Shown here: positions 33,828 through 42,489 of the stretch, one piece after another
How positions within the stretch are numbered: the first letter of the stretch is position 1
Layout of the letters: the number at the start of each line of letters is the position of its first letter
Virus record (IMG/VR): IMGVR_UViG_3300049164_000073
Coordinates: 1 to 42,591 of that record
Direction: 5' to 3' (one strand)
Source of the DNA: a virus
Taxonomy: Duplodnaviria; Caudoviricetes
DNA: 42,591 nt
Notes under the pieces: generated by a model
What the model was told of the DNA's origin: nothing
Databases searched by the model: none
What the model saw: only the letters and a program-made list of their open reading frames with translations
Position numbers and translations under genes: made by a program

Positions 33828-33857
33828 ACTGTAGCGGGCCGCACGGGGCCATGTCAG
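33828..33857 (-). promoter_or_regulatory. Promoter for the repeat RNA
   Basis: CTGACA-N18-TACAGT (housekeeping-sigma-like), followed by a GCCCCG-GCAA-CGGGGC hairpin (33820-33805) abutting repeat 1. Confidence 0.65.
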
Positions 33858-33865
33858 GCGTTCGC

Positions 33866-34243
33866 CTACGGCCGCCACTCGTCGCGGTAGTCGGGGTGTT
33901 CGGCGTGCGGCAGGGCAAGGAGGCGCAGTGTGAGGCAGGGGTAGTACGGTCCTTCGCCTCTGAGGTCGCAGGCCATGCACACGTCGCCTTCGACGTACTC
34001 CATCTCTCCGGGCTCGTGCAGCTCCAGCAGTCGCCGCTTCGCCTCGACTTCGGCGAGGACGCGGGCCGGGTCATGGCGGGCGATGTGCTCAGCGCTGTCG
34101 GTGTAGCCGACGACCTCGTCCGTGGGGTGGGTGGCGTACACGCTGCCCCCGTCGGCGTGCCATGGGCCGGGCTTGGCCGCCCGCGCGGTCCACTCGTCGT
34201 CGTCGAGGCGGGCCCGCAGGAACGCCACCAGGTCGTCACTCAT
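33866..34243 (-). CDS. DUF6221-like protein
   Basis: DLVAFLRARLDDDE...HIARHDPARVLAEVEAKRRLL...PC.TLRLLALP.AEHPDYRDEWRP. Confidence 0.85.
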   Translation of the reverse strand: MSDDLVAFLRARLDDDEWTARAAKPGPWHADGGSVYATHPTDEVVGYTDSAEHIARHDPARVLAEVEAKRRLLELHEPGEMEYVEGDVCMACDLRGEGPYYPCLTLRLLALPHAEHPDYRDEWRP

Positions 34244-35091
34244 GCGTCCGATCCTTCCGTCTTGCGCCGGGCGGTGTCGAGGGCCTGCCACAGGCCGGGC
34301 AGGTCGCGGCCCTGCCACAGCCGGTGTCCGGCGGACAGGATGACGGGCGCGGGGCACGGTTCGCCGGTGCCGCAGGTGGCGTATGCGGTCTCAGCGTCGC
34401 CGCTGGTGTGCACCACGAGACTGTGGGCGCCGCACCAGGGGCACGGGTCGTCCAATGTGGTGCGGCGGCCGGCGCGGGCGAGTGCCTGCTCGACGGTGCG
34501 ACGGGCGCGGTGGGCGACGTCGGCGAGCTGGTCGAGCGTGGCGGCGTCGAGGGGGGTGAACATCGGCACGTGGACGGTGTTGCTCGGGCGGGGCGCTGTG
34601 GTGTCCTCTCCGAGGGCGCGGCCTTCGAGCCAGACGGCGCACCAGTGCAACCCGTGCCGTCGGCTGCCGGGGCCCGCGGTGGTGGCGGGGTGCCAGCGGG
34701 CGGGGTCGAGCATGTCGTCAGGGTCGGGGCGCATGACGGTGCGCGGGGGGATGCTGCGGAGCGCGACGGGTGAGTGTCGTACGGGGCGCTGCGTCTGGTG
34801 GGCGATGTGGTCGGCGGTGGTGAACAGGGCGCGCTCGACCTCGACCGCGGCGGACAGGGCGTCGAGGTTGAGCGGGGCCGGGTGTTCGCGAAGGGTGAGG
34901 GGCAGGCGGCCGATCACGGGGCCCTGCTCGGGCTGGGGCTGCTCCCATTCGCGGCATTCGCGCGGGGGCCATTCGGAGTGCGGCTTCTCGTCGATGGCGG
35001 CGAGCAGGTCGCCCCACATGTCGCGGATCGCGGCGAGGTCGATGGCGGCGCGGCGTCCGGCGGGTGCTTCGAGGGCGGCGGGGGTGGTCAT
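34240..35091 (-). CDS. Hypothetical protein with C-terminal zinc-ribbon-like motif
   Basis: 283 aa; PCPWCG...CGTGEPC. Confidence 0.75.
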   Translation of the reverse strand: MTTPAALEAPAGRRAAIDLAAIRDMWGDLLAAIDEKPHSEWPPRECREWEQPQPEQGPVIGRLPLTLREHPAPLNLDALSAAVEVERALFTTADHIAHQTQRPVRHSPVALRSIPPRTVMRPDPDDMLDPARWHPATTAGPGSRRHGLHWCAVWLEGRALGEDTTAPRPSNTVHVPMFTPLDAATLDQLADVAHRARRTVEQALARAGRRTTLDDPCPWCGAHSLVVHTSGDAETAYATCGTGEPCPAPVILSAGHRLWQGRDLPGLWQALDTARRKTEGSDA

Positions 35092-35105
35092 CGGGGCGGC
35101 TCCGA

Positions 35106-35261
35106 TCAGGTGTCGAGGACGGCGAGGGTGGCGATGCCGAGCCACGTCAGGACGGCGCACACGATGCCGACGATGGCGGCGAGCTGTCCGTCTGTGGTGA
35201 ACACATAGGTGCCGAGTCCGGAGAGGGCGCCAAGGGCGATGCCGAGCAGGAACAGGGGCAC
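35106..35261 (-). CDS. Small membrane protein (51 aa)
   Basis: Hand-translated MPLFLLGIALGALSGLGTYVFTTDGQLAAIVGIVCAVLTWLGIATLAVLDT. Confidence 0.6.
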   Translation of the reverse strand: MPLFLLGIALGALSGLGTYVFTTDGQLAAIVGIVCAVLTWLGIATLAVLDT

Positions 35262-35385
35262 GAGGTCACTTCCCTGGGGTGCAGCGGCCGGTGAGGCATA
35301 CGGCCTCGCCGTGGGCGACGTAGTGGACGTGGTGGCCTGCGCGGGCGAGCTTGCGGGCGGCTTCGAGGGCAGGGCAGGGCACGGG

Positions 35386-35604
35386 TCACGGCTCCGGGGT
35401 GGTGTCGGTGGTGGCTTCGTCCCACTGGTGGCCGCAGCGGTAGCACGTACGGTGCAGCCGCTCGTTCCGGGCGAACGTGTGTACCTGCTCGCCGGTCTCG
35501 TGCAGGCATTCGCCGAGGGCGCGGAACTCGGTTGCGGCGCCTTCGTTGCCGCACTTGGGGCAGGTGGGTTCGGGGCCGCTGTACGGCGGCAGGGGGGCGG
35601 TCAT
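35386..35604 (-). CDS. Small zinc-ribbon protein
   Basis: CPKCG...CYRCGHQW. Confidence 0.7.
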   Translation of the reverse strand: MTAPLPPYSGPEPTCPKCGNEGAATEFRALGECLHETGEQVHTFARNERLHRTCYRCGHQWDEATTDTTPEP

Positions 35605-35609
35605 GGCGG

Positions 35610-35711
35610 TCACTTCCCCTTGCGGTTGGTGGCGGCGGCGGCCCAGACGAGGACGCACAGGAGGACGGTCACGCAGACGGCGAGCAGGGCGAGGAGGTCG
35701 AGGAGGGTCAC
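35610..35711 (-). CDS. Small membrane peptide
   Basis: MTLLDLLALLAVCVTVLLCVLVWAAAATNRKGK; 4-bp overlap upstream. Confidence 0.5.
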   Translation of the reverse strand: MTLLDLLALLAVCVTVLLCVLVWAAAATNRKGK

Positions 35712-35956
35712 GGGCGGTGGCCTTTCTGCGGGGGCCCGTACGGCGTCTGCCAGGCGGGCCGGTCGGGGCGGGTGGTGGGCTTGCCGTCCTTGTCGAGCAG
35801 GCCGGCGGACTTGAGCGCGTCGTGAAGCTGCCGGCACGTCTCGGCGACGGCGGGGGCGAGGGTCGCGAGCATGCTTCGGTACGCCTCGGTGACGGCGCGG
35901 AGTTGGCGGGTGACGTGTTCGACCTGCTCGGGCGTGAGCTGCGGTGGGGCGGTCAC
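35708..35956 (-). CDS. Hypothetical protein
   Basis: 82 aa, GGAGG RBS. Confidence 0.7.
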   Translation of the reverse strand: MTAPPQLTPEQVEHVTRQLRAVTEAYRSMLATLAPAVAETCRQLHDALKSAGLLDKDGKPTTRPDRPAWQTPYGPPQKGHRP

Positions 35957-36075
35957 GGGCGGTTCCTCCGGGCGGTGAGGTAGTCGACGGTGGCGAGGCC
36001 GGCCCAGACGGCGAGGCCGGTCAGGGCGCCAGCGGTGATGGTGAGCAGGACGGGGGCGAGCCGGTCGAGGATCAC
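35953..36075 (-). CDS. Small membrane peptide
   Basis: Hand-translated MILDRLAPVLLTITAGALTGLAVWAGLATVDYLTARRNRP; 4-bp overlaps on both sides. Confidence 0.5.
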   Translation of the reverse strand: MILDRLAPVLLTITAGALTGLAVWAGLATVDYLTARRNRP

Positions 36076-37553
36076 GGCGTCTCCGGGTGCTCGCGGGTGC
36101 AGAACTTGTCGTGCAGGTAGCGGAAGTACGGGGTGATCAGGTCAGCGGCTTCCCATGAGGTGAGCGCGCGGCCATCGGTGAGCGCAGCCTTGAGCGCGTG
36201 GACGGGGTGGCCGCGGCCTGCCGGGCCGGCGCCGTTGCAGGTGCCAGGGCTGAGGGTGGGGGGCCGTTCGGCGTTGCGGCGGCGGGCTTCGGCGAGCTGG
36301 TCCTCGGTGGCGCGCAGCAGCTCGCGGCCCTTGATGATCGTCTGCCGCAGGTCGGCGGTCTGGCCGCGGTAGCGCCGGGCGGCCTTCTGCCACGTTTCGC
36401 GGAGGCTGCGCTCGTTGCGGGCACGCTTCCGGGCGCTGCGCCAGGCCGTCTCGTACCGGTCGGCCGTAGCCGCGTAGTCCCATGCTTCGGTCTCGGCTGT
36501 GGCGCGCCCGCGTATGACGCTCTGGACCATGCCGAGCAGCAGCGGCCAGGATGCGGCGGCGGCGCAGCCAAGCATGTTGGCGAGGGCCTGCCGATGCTGC
36601 TCTGGCTCGTCGAGGCGGGAGGCGCGCAGTGTGGCGACGGCGTCCATGTCGGCGTACGCCTTGCGCAGGTCGGCAAGCTGCTGCTCAAGGTCGGCCGCGC
36701 GCTGCTGCTGCTCCTCGGCGATGTGCTCGTACTTCGCCCGCCGGTCGGCTGACTGCCGGATGACGTCGGCCAGATCGGCGTGACTGTACGGGTCGCCCTC
36801 GTCCATGAGTCCGGCGTCGAGCATGGCGCGCTTGATGTCGTCGAGCTGTGCTTCCTTGTCGCGGCGTGCCTGGTGGGCGAGCTGCGTGCGCTTTTCAGCG
36901 TCCGCAAGCTGCTGTTGTACGGGGTCGGCGAACGTGATGGTGGCGCGTTGCGCTACCGATGCGGCGACGGACGCGGCGGCCATGTCGGCGGCGGTGATGC
37001 GCTGACCGGGCAGGGACGGCACGGTCGGGGCCTGCTCGGTGATGTGGCATGGCCCGTCGGTGCGGTGTGTCGTCCCTGCCGCCTCGGGCTCGCCACACAC
37101 GCACTGGTCGCCTGCGAGGGCCTGCTCGATGCGGTTGGCGAAGTGGGCGTGCAGCCCAAACGGGTGCGCTTCGCTGCGGATGATGGCGGCGAGGGTCTGA
37201 ACGCGGTCGAGGCGGCGGGCGTAGTCGTCGTGGAGGGCGCGTGCCTTATCGCGCTCGTTGCGGTACTGGTGGCTGAGCTGCGCGGCCTCGTCGCGCTCCT
37301 GCTCGGCTTCGCGGATGGCGTGTTCGGCGGCTTCGGCGCGGCGCTGCTCGCGCTGCAACGCGATCTGCTGCCCGCCGGCGGATGCGCGGGTCTGGTCGGC
37401 GAGGGCGAACTCGGCTTCGACGATGGCGCGGAGTTGGTCGGCGTCGGGCTTGCTGAGTACGCCTCGCTGCGCGCGGGAGAGGAGGATGTTGGCGGCGTCG
37501 CGTCGGGCGGTGCGTAGGGCGTCGCGTTCGCGGGCGGTCTTGCTGCGGCTCAT
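36072..37553 (-). CDS. Long coiled-coil hypothetical protein (493 aa)
   Basis: MSRSKTARERD... after GAGGAG; ATGA overlap; Ala/Glu/Gln/Arg heptads. Confidence 0.75.
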   Translation of the reverse strand: MSRSKTARERDALRTARRDAANILLSRAQRGVLSKPDADQLRAIVEAEFALADQTRASAGGQQIALQREQRRAEAAEHAIREAEQERDEAAQLSHQYRNERDKARALHDDYARRLDRVQTLAAIIRSEAHPFGLHAHFANRIEQALAGDQCVCGEPEAAGTTHRTDGPCHITEQAPTVPSLPGQRITAADMAAASVAASVAQRATITFADPVQQQLADAEKRTQLAHQARRDKEAQLDDIKRAMLDAGLMDEGDPYSHADLADVIRQSADRRAKYEHIAEEQQQRAADLEQQLADLRKAYADMDAVATLRASRLDEPEQHRQALANMLGCAAAASWPLLLGMVQSVIRGRATAETEAWDYAATADRYETAWRSARKRARNERSLRETWQKAARRYRGQTADLRQTIIKGRELLRATEDQLAEARRRNAERPPTLSPGTCNGAGPAGRGHPVHALKAALTDGRALTSWEAADLITPYFRYLHDKFCTREHPETP

Positions 37554-37924
37554 CGGGTCGGCTCCTCGGTGGTCGCGCTGCGCCGGTCGAGGTCGTACAC
37601 CCATGCGGCGCAGACGGCGGCGACCTGCACCAGCTCGGCGCGAAGACGGGCCGGATCGGACTCGGCGGCGGCTTCCGCGAACTCCTCCAGAGCGATGTCG
37701 AGCCATGAGACGTAGCCGTCTCCCTCGGCAGCAAGCTGCTCGACCGCTTCTCGCGCGGTGGAAGCGACGAAGCTGGCGGGCCCGGTGAAGGACCAAACGC
37801 GGTCGGGTCCGGTCCCGTCGCGGTGGTGCTGGTCGCCGAACTTGGCGAGCTGTGCTTGGCGTTCGGTGTCGAGGGCTTCGGCGAATGCCTTCACGCCGGG
37901 GGTGGTGAACAGGGTCGGGTACAT
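37550..37924 (-). CDS. MazG/NTP-pyrophosphatase-like all-alpha protein
   Basis: ERQAQLAKFG...WLDIALEEFAEA...LRAELVQVAAV acidic helical pattern. Confidence 0.55.
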   Translation of the reverse strand: MYPTLFTTPGVKAFAEALDTERQAQLAKFGDQHHRDGTGPDRVWSFTGPASFVASTAREAVEQLAAEGDGYVSWLDIALEEFAEAAAESDPARLRAELVQVAAVCAAWVYDLDRRSATTEEPTR

Positions 37925-38005
37925 GGGCGGCTGTTCCTCTCGGTGCGTAGGGTGGTGGGCCAGGGCCGCCCCGGTTCGAGCGGGGCGGCCCGTCGTGCGC
38001 GTGGC

Positions 38006-38119
38006 TCAGTGGTCGGGGGTGGGGCATGCGCTGCGGTGGCAGTTGTGCCGGTGGCACCAGTCGGGGGAGCGCTCGTCGGATGCGGTGCGGGTGAGGCGGT
38101 CGAGCAGGCGGCGGAACAT
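38006..38119 (-). CDS. Small Cys/His peptide (37 aa)
   Basis: MFRRLLDRLTRTASDERSPDWCHRHNCHRSACPTPDH after AAGGA. Confidence 0.45.
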   Translation of the reverse strand: MFRRLLDRLTRTASDERSPDWCHRHNCHRSACPTPDH

Positions 38120-38184
38120 GGGCCGGTCCTTCCGGGGTGGTAGGGCGAGGGTGGCGAGGAGCGCGGCGAGCAGCATGAACGCGG

Positions 38185-38430
38185 TCACCGGGTGTGCCAG
38201 AGACGGCGGTTCTTGCGGCTGCCGTGGTGTGTGGAGTGGGCGAACGGTCGGGTGCAGCGGGCGCAGCATGAGGGGCGACGCAGGCTCGGCCGGTACCAGT
38301 GGCGTGGGTCCATCCATTCGCCGACGGACTCGACGTGCTCGGCTTGCGGGCGTCCGCATCCGCTGTAGCCGCATGGGTCGTTGGCGTGGTCGGCGCGGAA
38401 CCAGTGGCCGCGGATGAGTCGGCGGGTCAC
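38185..38430 (-). CDS. Small Cys/His-rich protein
   Basis: Two H-W-x-R...C..C.RP..H-like units; 4-bp overlap upstream. Confidence 0.6.
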   Translation of the reverse strand: MTRRLIRGHWFRADHANDPCGYSGCGRPQAEHVESVGEWMDPRHWYRPSLRRPSCCARCTRPFAHSTHHGSRKNRRLWHTR

Positions 38431-38711
38431 GACTGGTCACCGCTGTCGAGGCGGTCGGCGTAGGCGGTGATCGCGCGTCGGGCGGCGTGCATGCCGGCGC
38501 AGTACGCGACGCGGGACCGGTCGCCGCGGGCCCGCATCTCGCGGTTCTGCTCGCGGGCGAGTTCGTGCGTCTGCTCGGCGAGCTCGCGGGCGTGCTGGGC
38601 GAGGAGTTCGGCGGCGCGTTGACGGGTGGTGCTGTCGCGGTAGCCGGCTTCGCTGTAGAGCGTGGCGAGCTTGTCGAGGGCGGTGGGCTCTGTGGGCTGC
38701 TGGTCGGTCAT
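38427..38711 (-). CDS. Hypothetical protein
   Basis: MTDQQPTEPTALDK...; ATGA overlap. Confidence 0.65.
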   Translation of the reverse strand: MTDQQPTEPTALDKLATLYSEAGYRDSTTRQRAAELLAQHARELAEQTHELAREQNREMRARGDRSRVAYCAGMHAARRAITAYADRLDSGDQS

Positions 38712-39232
38712 CGGCCCTGCTCCTCGGCGGCGAGGCGGCGCAGGACGGCGAGGGCCTGCTCGTCGTCGTCGGTGAACCCGTCGTACGAGGCCATCTCCGC
38801 GGCGGCCTGGTCGAGGGCGAAGCCGAGGAACTGGCGCACGCTGTCCGACAGCACGGGCACAAGAGCGCTCAGCTTGTCGCGCTCCTCGATGAGGTCGTTC
38901 GTCCGGGCTTCGGCCGCGTTGTACATGGTGCGGAGGTTGGCGGCGTCGGCGCGGGCGTCTTCGAGCTCGACGGCGGTACGGGCGTACAGGGAGACGGCGT
39001 GGGCGTTGCGGTCGGCCATGGTGAGCGGCGCGGCGTCGGGCACGATGGTGCAGCCGCCGCACATGCCGCCGATGCGCGGCGCGTCCGGGTGCTGCTCGCA
39101 CGGCTTGATGGCGGCCTGGTAGGCGGCCATGAACGCGGGCGCCTTCTCCGGCTCGACCAGACCAACGACGCGGGCGTACTCGATGATCTCAGCGTCAGTC
39201 GGGTCGGGCGTGGTGTCGGGTGTGGTGCTCAT
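38708..39232 (-). CDS. Hypothetical protein
   Basis: MSTTPDTTPDP... after AGGAG; coiled-coil segment. Confidence 0.7.
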   Translation of the reverse strand: MSTTPDTTPDPTDAEIIEYARVVGLVEPEKAPAFMAAYQAAIKPCEQHPDAPRIGGMCGGCTIVPDAAPLTMADRNAHAVSLYARTAVELEDARADAANLRTMYNAAEARTNDLIEERDKLSALVPVLSDSVRQFLGFALDQAAAEMASYDGFTDDDEQALAVLRRLAAEEQGR

Positions 39233-39273
39233 CAGGGGTTGCTCCTGTCTCGTGTGGAGTCGAGAGGGGTAGG

Positions 39274-39540
39274 TCAGACCGGGCCGACGTAGCGGGCGTA
39301 CACGCGCCGCTCGCCATCGACCGTCCGCGACTTCGCCTCGAACGAGCCCGCCGGGGCATACGCCGCCAGCCGGCCCGAGTTGATCTGCTGCGCGCACGAC
39401 GCCGCAGACCCCGGCGTCGTGTACGTGTTGATGTGCGCCCACTCGCCCGGCCGGTCCCGCAGCTTGGCGGCGATGGCCGTGTTGATCCCGTGGCGGGTAG
39501 CGCCGTCGGGCAGGGGCTCGAAGGTGACGGTGTGGTTCAT
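39274..39540 (-). CDS. Hypothetical protein (88 aa)
   Basis: MNHTVTFE...LRDRPGEWA...AYAPAGSFEA...VYARYVG; GGGAG RBS. Confidence 0.75.
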   Translation of the reverse strand: MNHTVTFEPLPDGATRHGINTAIAAKLRDRPGEWAHINTYTTPGSAASCAQQINSGRLAAYAPAGSFEAKSRTVDGERRVYARYVGPV

Positions 39541-39578
39541 GGGGTTGCTCCCTGGTTTGGTGGTGTGGAGAGGGATGG

Positions 39579-39899
39579 TCAGGACACGTCGGCGATCAGC
39601 AGCCACGCGGGCTGCTCCGCCGGGGTCACGCCGACCGCCTTGACGGCCGCGGCGAGCTGCGTGTTCCACGCCTCGCACTACGCGGGGTCGACCGCGGCCG
39701 GCTCGATACGCTGCGGCCTGCCGAGTCCGGCGTTCGTGCATGTGTCGTCGGCTACAAGGAAGGTGGCGTCCCGGTCGTACGCGCCGGCATGCAGGTGGCT
39801 AACGCCCTGCGTGCCGCGGAGTGCGGCATCGAGGGTGTCCTCGTCGGTGTCGGGGATGCGGACGCCGTACGCGAGGTAGGCGCTGCTGTACATGCCCAT
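39579..39899 (-). pseudogene. Hypothetical gene interrupted by an in-frame TAG
   Basis: TAG at 39680-39678; the same frame continues CEAWNTQLAAAVKAVGVTPAEQPAWLLIADVS to TGA at 39579. Confidence 0.55.
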
Positions 39900-39971
39900 G
39901 GGGTTGCTCCAAGGGGTCGAGGTGGTCCCGCGCGCGGCACGGCCAGCGTCCGGACGTGCGCGCCGCGGGGA

Positions 39972-40445
39972 TCAGAAGGGGGGTTCGTCGCTGTAGCCGG
40001 TCTGCTGTTGGTTGGTGGCCCAGGGGTCGGCGGCGGGCTGCTGCTGGCTGTAGCCGCCCTGCGCGGGCTGGGGGCCGGGGCTGCCGTTCTTCGTGACGGT
40101 CGCGGTGGCGGACTTGAGCGACACGGCAACTTCGGCGTCGGCGATCTCGTATGAGCTGCGCTTCGTGCCGTCCTTGGCGTCGTACTGGCGCTGGGTGAGG
40201 TTGCCGACCACGATCACGCGGGTGCCGCGCTTGATGGTCTCGGCCACGTTCTCGGCCTGCTGGCGCCACACGGAGACACCGAGGAACAGCGGCTCAGCGT
40301 CAACCCATTCGTTCTTCTGCTTGTCGAACTTGCGGGGCGTGGACGCCATCCGAAAGTTGGCGACGGCTGCGCCGCCGGGGGTGAATCGAATCTCAGCGTC
40401 AGCAACGGCGTTGCCGATCATGGTTATTTGGGTCTCGCCAGACAT
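39972..40445 (-). CDS. ssb: Single-stranded DNA-binding protein
   Basis: [12 protein letters not shown]...[12 protein letters not shown]...[11 protein letters not shown]...DEPPF acidic tail. Confidence 0.95.
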   Translation of the reverse strand: MSGETQITMIGNAVADAEIRFTPGGAAVANFRMASTPRKFDKQKNEWVDAEPLFLGVSVWRQQAENVAETIKRGTRVIVVGNLTQRQYDAKDGTKRSSYEIADAEVAVSLKSATATVTKNGSPGPQPAQGGYSQQQPAADPWATNQQQTGYSDEPPF

Positions 40446-41011
40446 CAGGCGGCCTCTCGGTAGGTGTCGGGGTTCTGCTTGGCGGCCGCGCGCTTACGGG
40501 TCTGGTAGTTGCGGCTGTACATGCGAGCGCACGTCAGGCACTTACGGGCGCCGTTCGGGTGCGACGGCGGGTAGACCACGCGGACGTTTTCGGGGTCGGT
40601 GAGGTCGTGGCCGTTGCTGCACTGCGTCTTGGTGGCGTTGCGGGCTTGGAGGCTGCGGCCTCGCAGGACGTTGGTTCTGTCGTCCACGGCTTCGAGGTGT
40701 GCGGGGTTGACGCAGTTGCGGCGGCGGCACCGGTGGTCGATGACGGTGCGGACTTCGGTTCCGTCGGGGCGGATGGTCGGTTGGACGGGGCCGTATGCCT
40801 GCTCGTAGGCGAACTTGTGGGGGATGACGTTGCGGGCGCCGATCTTGAACTGTCCGTAGGACTCGCCGAACTGGCCAAGGTTCCCGACGTTTCGGGGGCT
40901 GCCGGTCCACAGGTGGCAGGGGCCGGGGGCACCGCGGTAGAGGCTGATGGGGCCGGCGGTGTTGACACGCTCGGCGAAGCGCTCGGTAACGGGGCGGGGC
41001 TTGCGGGCCAC
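40445..41011 (-). CDS. HNH endonuclease
   Basis: CHLWTG...YGQF...H...[19 protein letters not shown]...N; GGAGG RBS before GTG 41011. Confidence 0.88.
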   Translation of the reverse strand: MARKPRPVTERFAERVNTAGPISLYRGAPGPCHLWTGSPRNVGNLGQFGESYGQFKIGARNVIPHKFAYEQAYGPVQPTIRPDGTEVRTVIDHRCRRRNCVNPAHLEAVDDRTNVLRGRSLQARNATKTQCSNGHDLTDPENVRVVYPPSHPNGARKCLTCARMYSRNYQTRKRAAAKQNPDTYREAA

Positions 41012-41057
41012 GGGATGCACCTCCGGCGGGATGTTCGGTCTTTCGGGAGAGGTTGCT

Positions 41058-41078
41058 ATCTCTCTGGACAGAAAGGTA
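41058..41078. promoter_or_regulatory. Distal repressor-type operator overlapping a -10 element
   Basis: ATCTCTCTGGACAGAAAGGT matches ATCTCTCACACGTGAAAGGT at 6772-6791; minus-strand TACCTT at 41078-41073. Confidence 0.6.
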
Positions 41079-41128
41079 CACGGCGTGGGGGTGCGCTTGC
41101 TACGTCTGCGCACCCCCGGTTCGGCGGG

Positions 41129-41308
41129 TTAGGCGTGTGGGTCGTTGGTGGTGGCGGTGGGGTGGCGGATGAGGCGCCATCCGTCGCGGGTGAGTGCGTC
41201 GATGACGGCTTGTGCGTCGTCTTCGGCGGTGTGGGGGCCGCGGGTGTGGTATGCGTCGACCAGGGCGGCGCGGAGCGCGGCGAGGGCGGCCGGCGCGCAG
41301 CCGGTCAT
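41129..41308 (-). CDS. Small hypothetical protein (59 aa)
   Basis: MTGCAPAALAALRAALVDAY...DGWRL; ATGA overlap. Confidence 0.6.
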   Translation of the reverse strand: MTGCAPAALAALRAALVDAYHTRGPHTAEDDAQAVIDALTRDGWRLIRHPTATTNDPHA

Positions 41309-41778
41309 CGGGGGCCGCCGGCGGTGTGGCGGGCGCGGGTGGCGTCGCGGGGCGTGGGGGGTGTGGCCATGACGTGGGCAAGGTGGTCGAGTACGGCCTC
41401 GCGGCGCTGTGCGCGCTTCTCGCGGGCTTCGGCGTCTTGGGCGGCCTGGCGGGCGGCGGCGCGTTCTTGGGCCGCTTGGCGGGCGTGCCAGGCGGCTTCT
41501 TCGCGGCGTTCGGCGGCGAGCGCGGGACCGTTGTATTCGGCGATGGTGCGCCAGTGGAAACCGTCGCGCTGCTGGAGGATGACGTAGGCGCCTTGGTCGA
41601 CGCGCTGTTGGGCGAGGCGGCGGGCGGCCTTCTTGTCGGGGGTGACCTTGACGACGGTGCGGTCGGGCTGGTCGTTCCAGGACGCTTCGATGCGGTAGGC
41701 GGTGCGGTTGCGGGTGGTGTCGCCGTTGGTGGGCTTGCGGCGGTGTGGGGGCCGGTCGGGGTGCTTGCTGCGGTTCAC
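41305..41778 (-). CDS. Hypothetical protein
   Basis: MNRSKHPDR...AYRIEASW; GTGA overlap. Confidence 0.7.
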   Translation of the reverse strand: MNRSKHPDRPPHRRKPTNGDTTRNRTAYRIEASWNDQPDRTVVKVTPDKKAARRLAQQRVDQGAYVILQQRDGFHWRTIAEYNGPALAAERREEAAWHARQAAQERAAARQAAQDAEAREKRAQRREAVLDHLAHVMATPPTPRDATRARHTAGGPR

Positions 41779-42488
41779 TGCGCGGCTCCGTTCCGGGCGG
41801 CGTGGTGGAGGGTGGCGGCGTCGAGGCGGGAGGGGTGGGCGTTGGCGAGCGGCCGGCGGGCGTCTCCGCGGCCCTGGTAGGTGCAGGGGCGGCCGGCGGC
41901 CGCGCGGCAGGTGCCGACGGGGCAGGGGACGTCGAGCGGGTCGGGGCGGCCGGCGGCGGCGAGGCGTTCGCGTTCGGCGCGGTGGGGCCGGTAGCCGGCG
42001 AGTTCGGCGGCGACGGCGCGTGGTACGTAGGTGCCGAGTTCGCGGAGGCGCTTGGCGGCGGACTGGTCGCGTTGTTCGCGGGTGCCGGTTTCGCCGGGTA
42101 GCAGGGCGCGGGGGGTGGCGACGGTGGCGCCGGTTTCGATGGCGTGGCGGTGGCCGGCGATGGCGGCGCGGTAGGCGGCTGCGTTGTCGGGGTCGACGTT
42201 GGGGACGGGGTCGACGTGGCGGCGTAGGACGTCGCTGCGGAAGGCGTGCCAGGGCCGCGACACGTCGGACGGCTTGATCGGGTACGGCGAGGTGGCGATG
42301 TGGCGTCGGACGGCGTCGGACGCGTCCCAGTGGCGGCCTTCGGGGTGTGGCGCGGTCGGGGGGACGTCGTGCAGCAGGTCGTGCCACTGGGTGAGGCGTT
42401 CGGCGGCGGCGGCCTGGTCGGTGACGGCGCGGGCGGGGTCGAGGCGGTCGGCGTAGGCGATGAGGGCGGCGACTTCGCGGCGGTCCAT
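41775..42488 (-). CDS. Replication-associated protein (helicase loader/inhibitor-like N-terminus, C-terminal zinc finger)
   Basis: MDRREVAALIAY...WHDLL...AVRRH...PSDV and VPCP..CRA..GRPC...HPSR; directly follows the initiator; GAGGAG RBS. Confidence 0.7.
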   Translation of the reverse strand: MDRREVAALIAYADRLDPARAVTDQAAAAERLTQWHDLLHDVPPTAPHPEGRHWDASDAVRRHIATSPYPIKPSDVSRPWHAFRSDVLRRHVDPVPNVDPDNAAAYRAAIAGHRHAIETGATVATPRALLPGETGTREQRDQSAAKRLRELGTYVPRAVAAELAGYRPHRAERERLAAAGRPDPLDVPCPVGTCRAAAGRPCTYQGRGDARRPLANAHPSRLDAATLHHAARNGAAQ

Positions 42489-42489
42489 G

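Noticed and set aside
37963-37992. GC hairpins here and near 3700-3730 as further CRISPR-like repeats
   Set aside because: They lack the CCCCGC-N4-GCGGGG stem with 8-nt handle; ordinary stem-loops are more likely.
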